A stretch of 61,421 bases of DNA from positions 1 through 61,421 of IMG/VR virus record IMGVR_UViG_3300046703_000080. One strand, written 5' to 3'. The notes under the pieces were generated by a model. That model made no database searches, was not told where the DNA came from, and saw only the letters and a list, made by a program, of their open reading frames with translations. Source of the stretch: a virus (taxonomy: Duplodnaviria > Caudoviricetes). This document shows, piece by piece, positions 25,840-35,602 of this stretch (position 1 is the stretch's first letter; each line of letters starts with the position of its first letter). A program made the position numbers and the translations under genes.

Positions 25840-26240
25840 AACTCTCTGCCAACTTCGACTCGGCCGAGTTCGCCTGTTCCTGTGGGTGCGGATACTCGAC
25901 GCCAGATCCGGCTCTGGTGGCCGCCCTGCAGACGCTACGTGACGCCGTGGCCTGCCCTGTGATAATCCTCTCGGGTTGCCGTTGCGCGCAACACAACGCG
26001 GCCGTAGGGGGCGCTGTCCACTCTCAGCACGTTCTGGGCAAGGCGGCCGACATCCGGGTTCCCGGCATGACGGCCCGTCAGGTCTACGCGGCGGCGCACT
26101 GCATCCCCTGCCTGCATGGGTTCGGGGTGTCGGATGAGGGGGACTTTTGCCACGTTGATATTCGGCAAGATCCGGCGCGGTGGTGTTATCTGAAGGGCGC
26201 AGAGTATCCCTGGCACGAGCAGAGGGAGGTAATTGCGTGA
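25836..26240 (+). CDS. endolysin, peptidase M15 family
   Basis: LSANF...EFACSCG, SGCRC..HN..VGGA..SQH..GKAADI, HVD. Confidence 0.92.
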   Translation: MKLSANFDSAEFACSCGCGYSTPDPALVAALQTLRDAVACPVIILSGCRCAQHNAAVGGAVHSQHVLGKAADIRVPGMTARQVYAAAHCIPCLHGFGVSDEGDFCHVDIRQDPARWCYLKGAEYPWHEQREVIA

Positions 26241-26548
26241 AGTTAAGCGAGGAGGAACGCCGCGCGGTCTGCGGAATGATCCGCACATTCCGCGAGAAGC
26301 ACGCCGTCACGGTCCACAAATTCGCCCTGCTGATGGGCGTCACCGACCGGCTGGTGCAGTATTGGGAGCGCGAGAAGCACCTGCCGCGCCCCCGCAAGAT
26401 CGAGATGTTCCGGCGCCTGCAAGAAGCCTTCGAGGGAGACGGAAAGCGCGATGTGAGTGACGTCCTGGAGTTCACGAAAGGAGAACGGCTATGGCGAGCG
26501 CGCAAGTTGCAGCAGTTGGCGCAGCGGCAAAGATCCCCGGCAGCCTAG
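26237..26548 (+). CDS. XRE-type HTH protein
   Basis: IR.FREK..VT...FA..MGVT...VQYWE.....P. Confidence 0.75.
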   Translation: MKLSEEERRAVCGMIRTFREKHAVTVHKFALLMGVTDRLVQYWEREKHLPRPRKIEMFRRLQEAFEGDGKRDVSDVLEFTKGERLWRARKLQQLAQRQRSPAA

Positions 26549-26865
26549 AGGAGCGCGTCATCCACATGGCTCAGAGCGCAGAGCCCCGGAAGGTCGCGGG
26601 CTACCGAGGTTTCGTGGTGAGCCCCCAGGAATTGCAAGATCTGGTCGAGCAAGTCAAGCCGAGCATGTGCAGGATCATGAAAGACGACGACGGCACGCTC
26701 TACGCCGGCGTGCTGATCTACGGCGCGAACTGGCCTCTGAACCTGTACTCGTACCTGCTGTGCTGCGAGACGCGCAAGTTGCCGTTCGGGGACCTGGACC
26801 GGATCTGGAAGTCGAGAACAACGAAAAGAGAAGTGAATCTGAAAGGAGAAACAAATGCTGTTTGA
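26491..26865 (+). CDS. hypothetical protein
   Basis: AAGGAG RBS. Confidence 0.55.
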   Translation: MASAQVAAVGAAAKIPGSLEERVIHMAQSAEPRKVAGYRGFVVSPQELQDLVEQVKPSMCRIMKDDDGTLYAGVLIYGANWPLNLYSYLLCCETRKLPFGDLDRIWKSRTTKREVNLKGETNAV

Positions 26866-27067
26866 AGTTGCGATCATCGAGAAGCCCTCGAAGAAGGAAG
26901 AGGAAGAGGGCGCGGTAGAGAAACTGGTCTTCGGGCCGAAGGCAGTTATAGCGCGAGATCCGAGCGGAGCCGTCATCGCGGCCGTGCTGAACGGAAGCGA
27001 CAAGCCCACCATCGACCTGAACAAAGCCGAGGTGCTAGTGCGCCCTTTCGTTTCCAGCCCCAAGTGA
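26855..27067 (+). CDS. hypothetical protein
   Basis: AAGGAG RBS; MLFEVAII...EVLVRPF. Confidence 0.65.
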   Translation: MLFEVAIIEKPSKKEEEEGAVEKLVFGPKAVIARDPSGAVIAAVLNGSDKPTIDLNKAEVLVRPFVSSPK

Positions 27068-28307
27068 GGAGCGAGGGGCTATCCAATCAGTACAAGACCG
27101 AAAGGGAATCTGAGAAATTCGCCAAATTTATCGCGGAAACTCAGGCGTATCCGGGGAGGATGTTTGATAGTTCGCCGGGTTGGGACGCTTATACTAAGTC
27201 GTACGAGATCCAGACCCCCAGCGTGATTTGGTACGGAGTCGGCCCAGAAGGTCAGGTTTTCTCTGGGTCGAACCTGCTGGCTCTGACTTCCTCAGCGGGC
27301 AACTAAAAGAGAGAATAGGACGATGAAAAATAAAGAAGATGCTGTTGGATTTGTGACGAAACGCGCACTGGTGACGTTCACGAGACCAGTGTGCATGTTC
27401 ATAAACGGTACGGCAGTGATGGTGAACGCAGCCATTTGCGAGGCGCAGGAACCGGCAGACAGGCCATCGTTCTCTGACAATCCTAGGGAGTTTCGCGTTA
27501 TTGGATTGCCCGATGGTCGCAAGCTCACGAAGTCATTCAACGTCAGGGTCGGAAGTTTCGGGGAGGTGTCCGCAACGGTGGAACTCGAGGATGACGACCT
27601 GAAGGGGTTGGTGGGTTGACCATGGCAGGCCGAGTGTTCAACGCACTGAACGGACAGGAATTGAAGGACCTGATCCTGGCCGACATCCGCAAGGAATTGG
27701 ACGCGGATCCAAGAATCGAGTCGCATTTGACCTTTCCCGTCGTAGAATGGACGTGGGAACTGAAGATCGACGCCTACCCGGTCGCCGAGCCACACATGGA
27801 GATCGAGGCGAAGGGCAGCGTCGGGACGGAAGAGGCCGTGGAGAAGGCGCGCAAGGCACAGGCGGCTGAGAAGATCGTCGTGAAGGGCGCGCGCAAGGTG
27901 TCTCCCGAAGGCCAGGCTCCCGACGAAGCCCGCGCGGAAGTCGGTCTGCCGGTCATGGTGCCGACCCCAACCAAGGATGGCGTGACCTTCGACATGATGG
28001 AAACGCCGCAGAGGAAGTCGTGAGCTGGATTGAGTTCACAGCCGACCTCTCCCGCACCGCAAAGGCGCTGGAACGCATCGCCGACAATCTGGATTTGCTG
28101 ATCGACTTTCACATCGACCCCGCTACGGTTAAGGCTCATCGAAAACTACGATCGCTCGAAGCAAACAAAGCTCCCAAGTCAGAGGAGCAGCTTCGGATGG
28201 TCAGCGATGAGGACCTGTGGAGGAAAGAACAGGCGGATCTCCGCCAGCGAACGGTTTCGCTGGGATTGCCGATGGAGGGAACGGAAACACCCGGCCCCGT
28301 CGAGTAG
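27064..28307 (+). CDS. four hypothetical ORFs (27064-27306, 27323-27619, 27616-28023, 28020-28307)
   Basis: co-oriented, mostly 4-nt overlaps. Confidence 0.55.
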
Positions 28308-28951
28308 AACCTGGGAAGAAGTATTCTCCGGCAGAACTTCGTAACCTGCACCTCGCCCGCCCGAAGGATGCTCCCCCTCGCAAGCCCCGCGAGAAGAAGC
28401 CCCGCCGCTCCAGGTCCAAGGCACTCGTCCCTACGAAGATCTCCCCTGCCCTGACCCTGCCAATGAAGGTCGGGTTGAACTACTACGCTCAGTTCCTGCC
28501 CGGCGGCAAGCAGAGCATGATCGACCTGGCGCGTCTCTCCGACCGTGAGAATGTTCGCAATGTGGCGGTGCTCTACGACCAAATGCAACCGCAGGACCGC
28601 GGGCGTGTGATCCTCGACGAACTGTGTGCCGGGGCTCTGGTGAGCACTTCCGACTTCATCGGGGCTGTCGCCTCAGTCGCGCACTCGCAGTCGATGGACG
28701 CCTCCAAGATGATCGCGGCGCTGGCGCAGCCGAAGGTGCTGGAAGCGGCCATCGCCAGAGCCAACGACGGCGACGGCGGACACGCCGATCGCAAGATGCT
28801 CCTCCAGGTGACCGGGCTTCTGCCGACGCCCTCGGGCGCCCGCATCGCCATCGACAACCGCAGTCAGGCGTTCGCCGGGGCGGTCGCTGGGTCCAACGGG
28901 CCATCCTTTGACGACGTGATCCGGTCGAGCGCGGAGGTGGTCAGGAAATAA
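28217..28951 (+). CDS. putative terminase small subunit (start uncertain)
   Basis: immediately upstream of large terminase; helical, DRKMLL..TGLL. Confidence 0.55.
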   Translation: MEERTGGSPPANGFAGIADGGNGNTRPRRVEPGKKYSPAELRNLHLARPKDAPPRKPREKKPRRSRSKALVPTKISPALTLPMKVGLNYYAQFLPGGKQSMIDLARLSDRENVRNVAVLYDQMQPQDRGRVILDELCAGALVSTSDFIGAVASVAHSQSMDASKMIAALAQPKVLEAAIARANDGDGGHADRKMLLQVTGLLPTPSGARIAIDNRSQAFAGAVAGSNGPSFDDVIRSSAEVVRK

Positions 28952-28954
28952 CCC

Positions 28955-31072
28955 ATGTACGACCCCGGCGTGACCGCAGTACAGATCGAGAAGGTGGCAA
29001 GGGCGCACGGCTGGAAGCCGGAGTACCACACGCTTTCACAGGTGGAGGCGGCCAACAGCCACTTCGCCGACCTGTGGGATGCCGACCGTCACGACTGGAC
29101 GCGGAAACTCCAAACGGACGAACAGGGTTGGATTCGGAACGAGCAAAGGCTGTGCCAACTCGACTACGGGTATTGGACCTCGCACTACGGTTTCATCTTG
29201 GACTGGCAGGACCGGCCGGTTCGCTTCGTTCCCAACGTCGCGCAGCAGATCAAGCGGGACATCTGGGCGGAGTGCGAACGAAATGGGCAGGCGATTTGCG
29301 AGATGGACCTGAAGGCCCGGCAGGTGGGCGTCTCGACGGAAACGGAAATGGCCGTCTGCCACCGTGTCCAGTTCTGGCCCTACACGCGGGCGGTCGTGGC
29401 GTCGAGCGACCCCGATAAGTCCGAGTTGATGGTCAAGATGCTGGAGTTCGCGCTTCAGATGCAGCCGCCCTTCCTGGTGCCGCCGATCACCGGTTACGCC
29501 AAAGGAGAGCGCATCGAGTTCGGAAGGCAGAACTGCGTGCTCTCGATCCAGCACGGCTCGCAGTTGACCGGCATCGCTCGCGGCCAAACTCCTACTGTCG
29601 GACACATTTCGGAAGTAACCGACTACCAAGACCCGGGAGCTTTGATCGACGCTTCCCTTCTTCCGGCCATGCACGAGTCGCCCTGGATGTTCCTGGTGCT
29701 GGAGTCCACCGGCAAGGGCCGCCACAACTGGTGGCACAAGAATTGGAACTTCGCCAAGGCGCACTGGCTGGAGGGCAGGTCCAGGTTTCGTCCGGTATTC
29801 ATCCCGTGGTACGTCGCCAGCGACATCTACCCGACGAAAGCATGGCTGGTCTCGCATCCTGTTCCCTCACACTGGAGGCCCGAGGATCTAACAACCAAGC
29901 ACGCCGAGGGTGCCAACTCCTACGTTGCGTCGAACGACTTACTCAGAAAGTACATGGGTTCGGAATGGACGATGCCCCAAGAGCAGATGTGGTTCTGGGA
30001 AGTCACCCGGCTGGAGTACAAGGAAAAGGGCGAGTTGTCTCGTTTTTACTCAGAATATTGCTCCTCTGACACTGAGGCTTTTCAACAGAACGTCATCTCC
30101 GTTTTCGACGCGGACCTCATTTCGGACTACCGCGGAGCCTCAAAGGCTCCCATCGGCGCATTCAAGTTGAAGGGGCCCGCCTCGATGATTCACCCGAGGC
30201 ACTGGCCGCAAACCTCCGAAATCGACCACGAACTGCCCACTATCCCCATCGACCAGGACTTCACGCTCTACCCTGTGCGCTTCCGCGACATCTCCACCGA
30301 GGACCCCACCGGCAAGGTGCTCATCTTCGAGTGGCCGGAGGACGAGGAAGACTACGGTCTGGGCCTCGACTCTGCGGGCGGTGTCGGGCTGGACAGTTCC
30401 GCCATAGAAATGCTCCGCAAGGGGAACATGCAGCGGAACGATACCCAGGTTTGTGAGTTTGTTTCCCCGCACCTCAACGCCAGCGAAATGGTCCCCTACT
30501 GCCACGCGATCGGCAAAATGTACTCGCGCAAAGTGCATGGCGCGAAACGCCAATGCAAGATGGTCATCGAAATTCAGGCCGGCGGGAACCTGGCGCAACT
30601 CGAGCTCCGCAAGATGGGCTGGACCCGCTTCCACCACTGGTTGAGAGCTTACGACTCGAAGGTTCTGAGCCGAGCTCGGTCGAATACGCTGGGCTGGGCC
30701 ACGAACCAGTGGAGCCGCAACCAACTCATCGTCACCCTGATGACCTACCTGCGGTCCGGCTGGCTCAACATCAATTCCCCCTGGTTCGTGGACGAGATGG
30801 CGGATCTCGAGGCCGACGAAACCAGCCAGAAGATCAAGGCCCAGCAGGGCGCGCATGACGACCGGATCATGGCACTGGGAATGGTGCTGTTCAGCCTGCA
30901 CGACCTGGAGATCCGCGCCAATCAGCCGACCGTGTCCCGCATCCGAGTGGACGGCGCGACGCCCGACTACGCCAAGTACGATCCCGGCTGGCAGGGGCGT
31001 GAGGCCCCCAGCACCGAGTCTCCTCTTTACCAGCAAGTAACCAAAGGAAAAATTGTGGAGAGTGCTTACTAA
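28955..31072 (+). CDS. terL: terminase large subunit
   Basis: LKARQVGVST (Walker A), GHISEV (Walker B), LESTG, GLDSAGGVGLD, HDDRIMA nuclease motifs. Confidence 0.93.
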   Translation: MYDPGVTAVQIEKVARAHGWKPEYHTLSQVEAANSHFADLWDADRHDWTRKLQTDEQGWIRNEQRLCQLDYGYWTSHYGFILDWQDRPVRFVPNVAQQIKRDIWAECERNGQAICEMDLKARQVGVSTETEMAVCHRVQFWPYTRAVVASSDPDKSELMVKMLEFALQMQPPFLVPPITGYAKGERIEFGRQNCVLSIQHGSQLTGIARGQTPTVGHISEVTDYQDPGALIDASLLPAMHESPWMFLVLESTGKGRHNWWHKNWNFAKAHWLEGRSRFRPVFIPWYVASDIYPTKAWLVSHPVPSHWRPEDLTTKHAEGANSYVASNDLLRKYMGSEWTMPQEQMWFWEVTRLEYKEKGELSRFYSEYCSSDTEAFQQNVISVFDADLISDYRGASKAPIGAFKLKGPASMIHPRHWPQTSEIDHELPTIPIDQDFTLYPVRFRDISTEDPTGKVLIFEWPEDEEDYGLGLDSAGGVGLDSSAIEMLRKGNMQRNDTQVCEFVSPHLNASEMVPYCHAIGKMYSRKVHGAKRQCKMVIEIQAGGNLAQLELRKMGWTRFHHWLRAYDSKVLSRARSNTLGWATNQWSRNQLIVTLMTYLRSGWLNINSPWFVDEMADLEADETSQKIKAQQGAHDDRIMALGMVLFSLHDLEIRANQPTVSRIRVDGATPDYAKYDPGWQGREAPSTESPLYQQVTKGKIVESAY

Positions 31073-31073
31073 C

Positions 31074-31655
31074 ATGATGATCGACTATCTCTGCCCCGAA
31101 TGCGGTCTGCACTTCGAGCGGTTCTTTCGCCAACCTCCCGAGCAACTGGAGTGCGACTGCGGCGCGACGGCGACCCGCACCTACGATCCGAACCTGACGC
31201 TACGGCGCCCGCTTCGTCTGGACGCCCAGCCGTTCGATCCGGTGGTGATCCACCGGGACGCGAATGGCAACATCCGGTTTCCCGGAAGCACGAGCGCACC
31301 CGTTCCGGAGGGATTCGAGCGAGTCGAGTTGCGGACCACACGCGAAGTGCGATCCCTTGAGCGGGAAGTGAACCTGCGAGAGAACGCCGCCCGCGAGCAG
31401 CACCTGGAACGCGAAGCCAACGCGCACGCGAACATGCGGCGAGACCTGCGCTCTGAACTGCGCCAGGCGATGCACGGCATGAGCGCCTACGGCCGCGACT
31501 TCGCGCGACACGCCATGGAAACGACAGAACAGCGGCAACGCGAAAAACAACGGCACACAGATGCCGGCTTCTATGTCGAAGCCTTCAGCCAAGACTCCAG
31601 CAACCGCGAGGCTCAAGTTGACGCCAGCACCGGCTGGCAGAGGAGAAAACGCTGA
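31074..31655 (+). CDS. FmdB-like Zn-ribbon protein
   Basis: DYLCPECG..FE...CDCG. Confidence 0.7.
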   Translation: MMIDYLCPECGLHFERFFRQPPEQLECDCGATATRTYDPNLTLRRPLRLDAQPFDPVVIHRDANGNIRFPGSTSAPVPEGFERVELRTTREVRSLEREVNLRENAAREQHLEREANAHANMRRDLRSELRQAMHGMSAYGRDFARHAMETTEQRQREKQRHTDAGFYVEAFSQDSSNREAQVDASTGWQRRKR

Positions 31656-33694
31656 TGGCGTATACGGAATATCGTTGCCCGCCGTTCTTTAATCAGAAGG
31701 GCGAACCGACCAAATCCGACTTCAAGCTGGGATGGCTGCGAGAGGCGATCCAGCAAGGCCGGACGTTCATCGAGAGCCAGCGCGCCTACGAGGACATGCA
31801 GCAGGCGCTCGACAAGATCAGTGGGCATCACGAGGAGAAGATCCCCGAGGCCCGCAGCCGGATCTACGTCAACCGCCTGAAGCGGCAGATTCGAGAAGTG
31901 GTCGCCACGGAGTCAGACATCCGTCCGCAGTGGGGTTTCAAGACGGACAACAAGGAACTGGAACCGATCGAGATGGTGCTAAATAAGCTCTGGCACGGTT
32001 GGTGGCTCAACACCTTCGCCGATCGTTCGATCCGAGAGGCGGTGCAGTACGCCTCGGTCATGGGGACCGGGTATGTCAGCCCAATCTGGGAGAAGGATTT
32101 TCACTTTGCCGGGCGCGGAGATATCGCCCTGCACACCTACGGGCCGACCGAGATTCTGCCGATCCAACTCCCCCGGGATCACGACCTGCAGAAAGCCTAC
32201 ACCACCGTCATCTGTACGGAGGTCCCTATCGCCACGGCGCACGCCATGTTCCCGCAGTTCGCCGATCAGCTCGTGGCAACGCGCGAACGGCCCGGCTGGA
32301 TCCGGAAGGGCGTCCAGAAGCTGAAGCGCTACATGGCGCCGGCGCTCAACGTCGGCGGCCCGCGGCAGCGCCAGATTGAAGATGCGATCTTCCCCGTGGT
32401 GGACATCTACCACGCCTACGTCATGGATCTGTCGATCAACCAGACCGGCCGGCGCATGAGCATGGGCAAGCCCGGCACCAACTGGTATTACGAGGTTCCC
32501 TTTGTTGGCGAGGAGATCGCGGCGGGCTACAACGACAAGGACGGACGCCCGCTCTACAAAAAGGCCGGACGCGAGGACTGCCTGATCTACCCCCTGCGCC
32601 GGCTGGTGCAGGCAACCGATAGCGTGGTTCTGTCCGACGACACGAGCCCCTGGTGGCACGGCATGGTCCCGGTGGTCAAGTTCGCCGCCGACGACTGGCC
32701 GTGGGAAGCCTTGGGTTTCTCGCTGATGAAGGACGCCCACTCGCTGCAGGAGTCCGCAGTAGAACTCTTGCGCCAGGTCCAGGACTCCGGTAAGTGCCGC
32801 CTTCGTCCTTCGCTGCAATACGACAGCAACGTCATCGCGCAGACCACCATGGACCGGCTGGACACGCGGTCGCCGGGGCAGCACCTGGCCGTCGACACCT
32901 CCATGGGAGAGTTTGTGAAGCCGCTCCTGCCGCCGGAATACTACGAGGTTCCGGCCTGGATCCCGGCGCATGTGGACACCCTCTGGCAGTTGATGGACTA
33001 CCTGATGGCGGTTCCCGACATGGCCGCGATCGCCAAAGCCCGGCAACTGCCCGCCTCCGAGACCATCGAAAAGATCGTGCAACTCGCCGGACCGCTGATC
33101 CGAGACATGAGCCGCGGCATGGAACGACCGCTGGCGCAACTCGGGGAGATGAACAAGGGGCTCTTCTTCCAGTTCTATAACGCCAACCGGCGCATCCCGT
33201 TGCTAGGGAAGGACGGAATCACGTCAGAGGATTGGGACTACGACGCATCCAGCCTGGTCCCGGAGTACCTGCCGGGCCGGGACCGCTGGGAACGCGCCCG
33301 TTACCTCATGAGTAACCTTCCATTCAGCGTCCAGCCCAACTCCGCGCATCAGGTGACGCAGGTCACCCGGCAACTCATGTACCTGCAACTCTGGCGCGCC
33401 GGCTTCCCGATCGACCCCTGGACGGTGGGCGAGGCGCTGGACATCCCGCACTACGGTAAACCTCCAGACGGAACGGTGGACGTCTACGACCGCTGGAAAG
33501 CGTGGAACATCGAGCGCGCCGACATGGCTCAGGTCATGCAGATGCTCACGGCAGTCGGCGCGCAGGGCGCCGGAGTCCCGCCGGGCGGCGGTGGAGGCGG
33601 CGCGCAGCCGGGTCGGCCGCCAAGCGGCGGAGCGCCGCCCAAGATCGTTCAGAAGGATGGCGGTTCGCGTAGCACGATCTCGGAATCCAGATGA
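31655..33694 (+). CDS. portal protein
   Basis: 679 aa after terL; YVNRLKR.IRE, GTGY, PVVKF..., Gly/Pro/Gln tail as in P22-like portals. Confidence 0.82.
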   Translation: MAYTEYRCPPFFNQKGEPTKSDFKLGWLREAIQQGRTFIESQRAYEDMQQALDKISGHHEEKIPEARSRIYVNRLKRQIREVVATESDIRPQWGFKTDNKELEPIEMVLNKLWHGWWLNTFADRSIREAVQYASVMGTGYVSPIWEKDFHFAGRGDIALHTYGPTEILPIQLPRDHDLQKAYTTVICTEVPIATAHAMFPQFADQLVATRERPGWIRKGVQKLKRYMAPALNVGGPRQRQIEDAIFPVVDIYHAYVMDLSINQTGRRMSMGKPGTNWYYEVPFVGEEIAAGYNDKDGRPLYKKAGREDCLIYPLRRLVQATDSVVLSDDTSPWWHGMVPVVKFAADDWPWEALGFSLMKDAHSLQESAVELLRQVQDSGKCRLRPSLQYDSNVIAQTTMDRLDTRSPGQHLAVDTSMGEFVKPLLPPEYYEVPAWIPAHVDTLWQLMDYLMAVPDMAAIAKARQLPASETIEKIVQLAGPLIRDMSRGMERPLAQLGEMNKGLFFQFYNANRRIPLLGKDGITSEDWDYDASSLVPEYLPGRDRWERARYLMSNLPFSVQPNSAHQVTQVTRQLMYLQLWRAGFPIDPWTVGEALDIPHYGKPPDGTVDVYDRWKAWNIERADMAQVMQMLTAVGAQGAGVPPGGGGGGAQPGRPPSGGAPPKIVQKDGGSRSTISESR

Positions 33695-33912
33695 ACACCG
33701 TCCCCATCACCATCGGTCGGCAACTTCAGGTTCATCGGATCGAGCAATACGACAAAAGCGATCTAGCCGACCTGATGCTACTGGTGAAGTCCCAGAAACG
33801 TACCGGATCCCTGACTTTGCACATAACTTCAGGTGAAGTTTCAGTAGTCGAGTGGAAGCAAAAAGAGAAATCTCTTGACGCCAGAGCTGTTTTGTGTTCT
33901 AAGTTGAGTTGA
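33691..33912 (+). CDS. YezD/DUF2292-like small protein
   Basis: TGSLTLHITSGEVSVVEWKQKEK pattern; ATGA-coupled to portal. Confidence 0.55.
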   Translation: MNTVPITIGRQLQVHRIEQYDKSDLADLMLLVKSQKRTGSLTLHITSGEVSVVEWKQKEKSLDARAVLCSKLS

Positions 33913-33950
33913 TGAGCCAACCGTAGGTTGGGGTCGCATACCTCATACCT

Positions 33951-34009
33951 GGACGGGGTCCCCAAGGGGTGAAGTTACTTCACTCTTTCGGGACCCCGTC
34001 CTTTTTTTT
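33951..34009 (+). terminator. intrinsic terminator with long stem
   Basis: GGACGGGGTCCC/GGGACCCCGTCC plus 11-bp inner stem, followed by T8. Confidence 0.85.
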
Positions 34010-34021
34010 GGCCCAAAGGCG

Positions 34022-34252
34022 ATGCCATACGGTCCGTCAGACGCGATCCGGTTCACCAAGAAGGCCAGGACTCCTATACGGCAGAGGCAGTGGTCAGACG
34101 TGTTCAAGTCGATGACCTCACGAGGCAAATCCGAAAGTTCCGCGATCCGCGGCGCGAACAGCGCCGTCAAGCGTTCGGTCAGTTCATCCTCCCGCCCCTA
34201 CGCGGGGGCAATGCGCCGCCGCCGATCGGGCGGTATGGGCAGAGGGAAATAG
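34022..34252 (+). CDS. small basic protein (ChaB-like position/motif)
   Basis: MPY...RQW..VF.S....G.SE..AIR.ANS.VK. Confidence 0.6.
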   Translation: MPYGPSDAIRFTKKARTPIRQRQWSDVFKSMTSRGKSESSAIRGANSAVKRSVSSSSRPYAGAMRRRRSGGMGRGK

Positions 34253-34253
34253 C

Positions 34254-34601
34254 ATGGCCGCACTACCGTTCTTCCCCGTTCCAGGACAAGGAGGAATGCC
34301 GATGGGTGAAATGCAGCAACAGGCACCCCCGGCTCCGCAACCCGACATTGGAACGCTCATTCCCCCGGAGCAGGTTTCGGCAGCGAGACCGCAAGCTCCG
34401 GCCATGGAGGATACGACCAGAGCGGTCATGTCGCAGATCGGCGATATGCACACCCAGGTAGAGGACCTGGCCCGCCAATTTCCACCGGCAGCGGCAAAGG
34501 CTCGAGAAGTCGGGCGCCTGCTGGTGGAGATGGGCATGGACATCGTTCGGTCATTGAGTGGTCCGGGAAGCGAACCGCCAGCACCCAGCGTGCTCGGCTG
34601 A
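34254..34601 (+). CDS. hypothetical Pro/Gln-rich protein
   Basis: head-module position. Confidence 0.65.
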   Translation: MAALPFFPVPGQGGMPMGEMQQQAPPAPQPDIGTLIPPEQVSAARPQAPAMEDTTRAVMSQIGDMHTQVEDLARQFPPAAAKAREVGRLLVEMGMDIVRSLSGPGSEPPAPSVLG

Positions 34602-34675
34602 CGCGCCCAACCTGGACCCTAGCCGCCGCAGCCGGCGCCTGATCCTCACGAGGCGCGGGAAGGCAAAGGAACCAA

Positions 34676-35557
34676 ATGCCGTTTGATCTCAAAGCATGGC
34701 TGAGTGACCTCGCAACCAAAGGGCAACTGTCCGCCGAGGACGTGACTCTTCTGGAAGGGAAACTCAACAAACCGGAAGCGTTGAAGGCATTAGAGGACGG
34801 GCAACTGCGCCAGTCCGATTACGACCGGATGATGAACAAGTTGAAGACCGATCACAAGACCGCTATGGACGGCGTGGTCGGACTTCAGACCGAACTCACC
34901 GGCTGGCGTACCGAAGCGCAGGCCAAACTCGACAAGGCGATGGGGGACCTGCAAGCCAGGGACACCACCATCGCACAGTACCAGGCGCGGGTCACGCAGA
35001 TTGCGACCGACTACGGCCTGGACCTGAACACCCTCATGCCAGCAGCCGCAGCAACACCCAATCCCCCCGCATCACTCGCACAGCCCGCAAGCCCGAATCC
35101 CGCGGCGACCGAAGGTTTCAGGAAGTTTCAGGAGGACTTCGACAAGGCGAAGCAGATTTTCCCGCTTCTGCCGGCCGAACTGCATGACCTGTCCGTCGAG
35201 CATCAGGAGCTCTACGGCAAGCCCCTCTCGAAATCGCTTGAACTCGTTTCGACCGCGCTCAAAGAGGGCAGGTCCGTGCGCGATGTCTGGGCGGAACAGT
35301 ACAAGGTCGAGGATCGGCGCAAGGAGATTGCGCTTGAGACGGAGAAGAAGCACGACGCGGAAATCCGAGCGGACGAACGCAACAAAGTTCTCTCGGAAGC
35401 AAGCGTCCCGACATTCCGGCCCGATGCTCCTCGATCACCGATTTTCAGTGCCATCCCGCAGAAGACTGCGCCGGATGGCAAAGCGGGCGAACTGAGCGCC
35501 ATCGACAGAGCCACGATGCACTTCGACGAAGCTATGAGAACGAGAACGGCATCGTGA
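34676..35557 (+). CDS. scaffolding protein
   Basis: helical/charged, LRQSDY.R, directly before capsid gene. Confidence 0.75.
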   Translation: MPFDLKAWLSDLATKGQLSAEDVTLLEGKLNKPEALKALEDGQLRQSDYDRMMNKLKTDHKTAMDGVVGLQTELTGWRTEAQAKLDKAMGDLQARDTTIAQYQARVTQIATDYGLDLNTLMPAAAATPNPPASLAQPASPNPAATEGFRKFQEDFDKAKQIFPLLPAELHDLSVEHQELYGKPLSKSLELVSTALKEGRSVRDVWAEQYKVEDRRKEIALETEKKHDAEIRADERNKVLSEASVPTFRPDAPRSPIFSAIPQKTAPDGKAGELSAIDRATMHFDEAMRTRTAS

Positions 35558-35602
35558 CGGATTTTTTCGGTGGTCTCGGATTCGCCGTAAGGCGTTGACA
35601 AC

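Noticed and set aside
34602-34675. Riboswitch upstream of the scaffold gene
   Set aside because: Only a modest GC-rich stem; no recognisable aptamer
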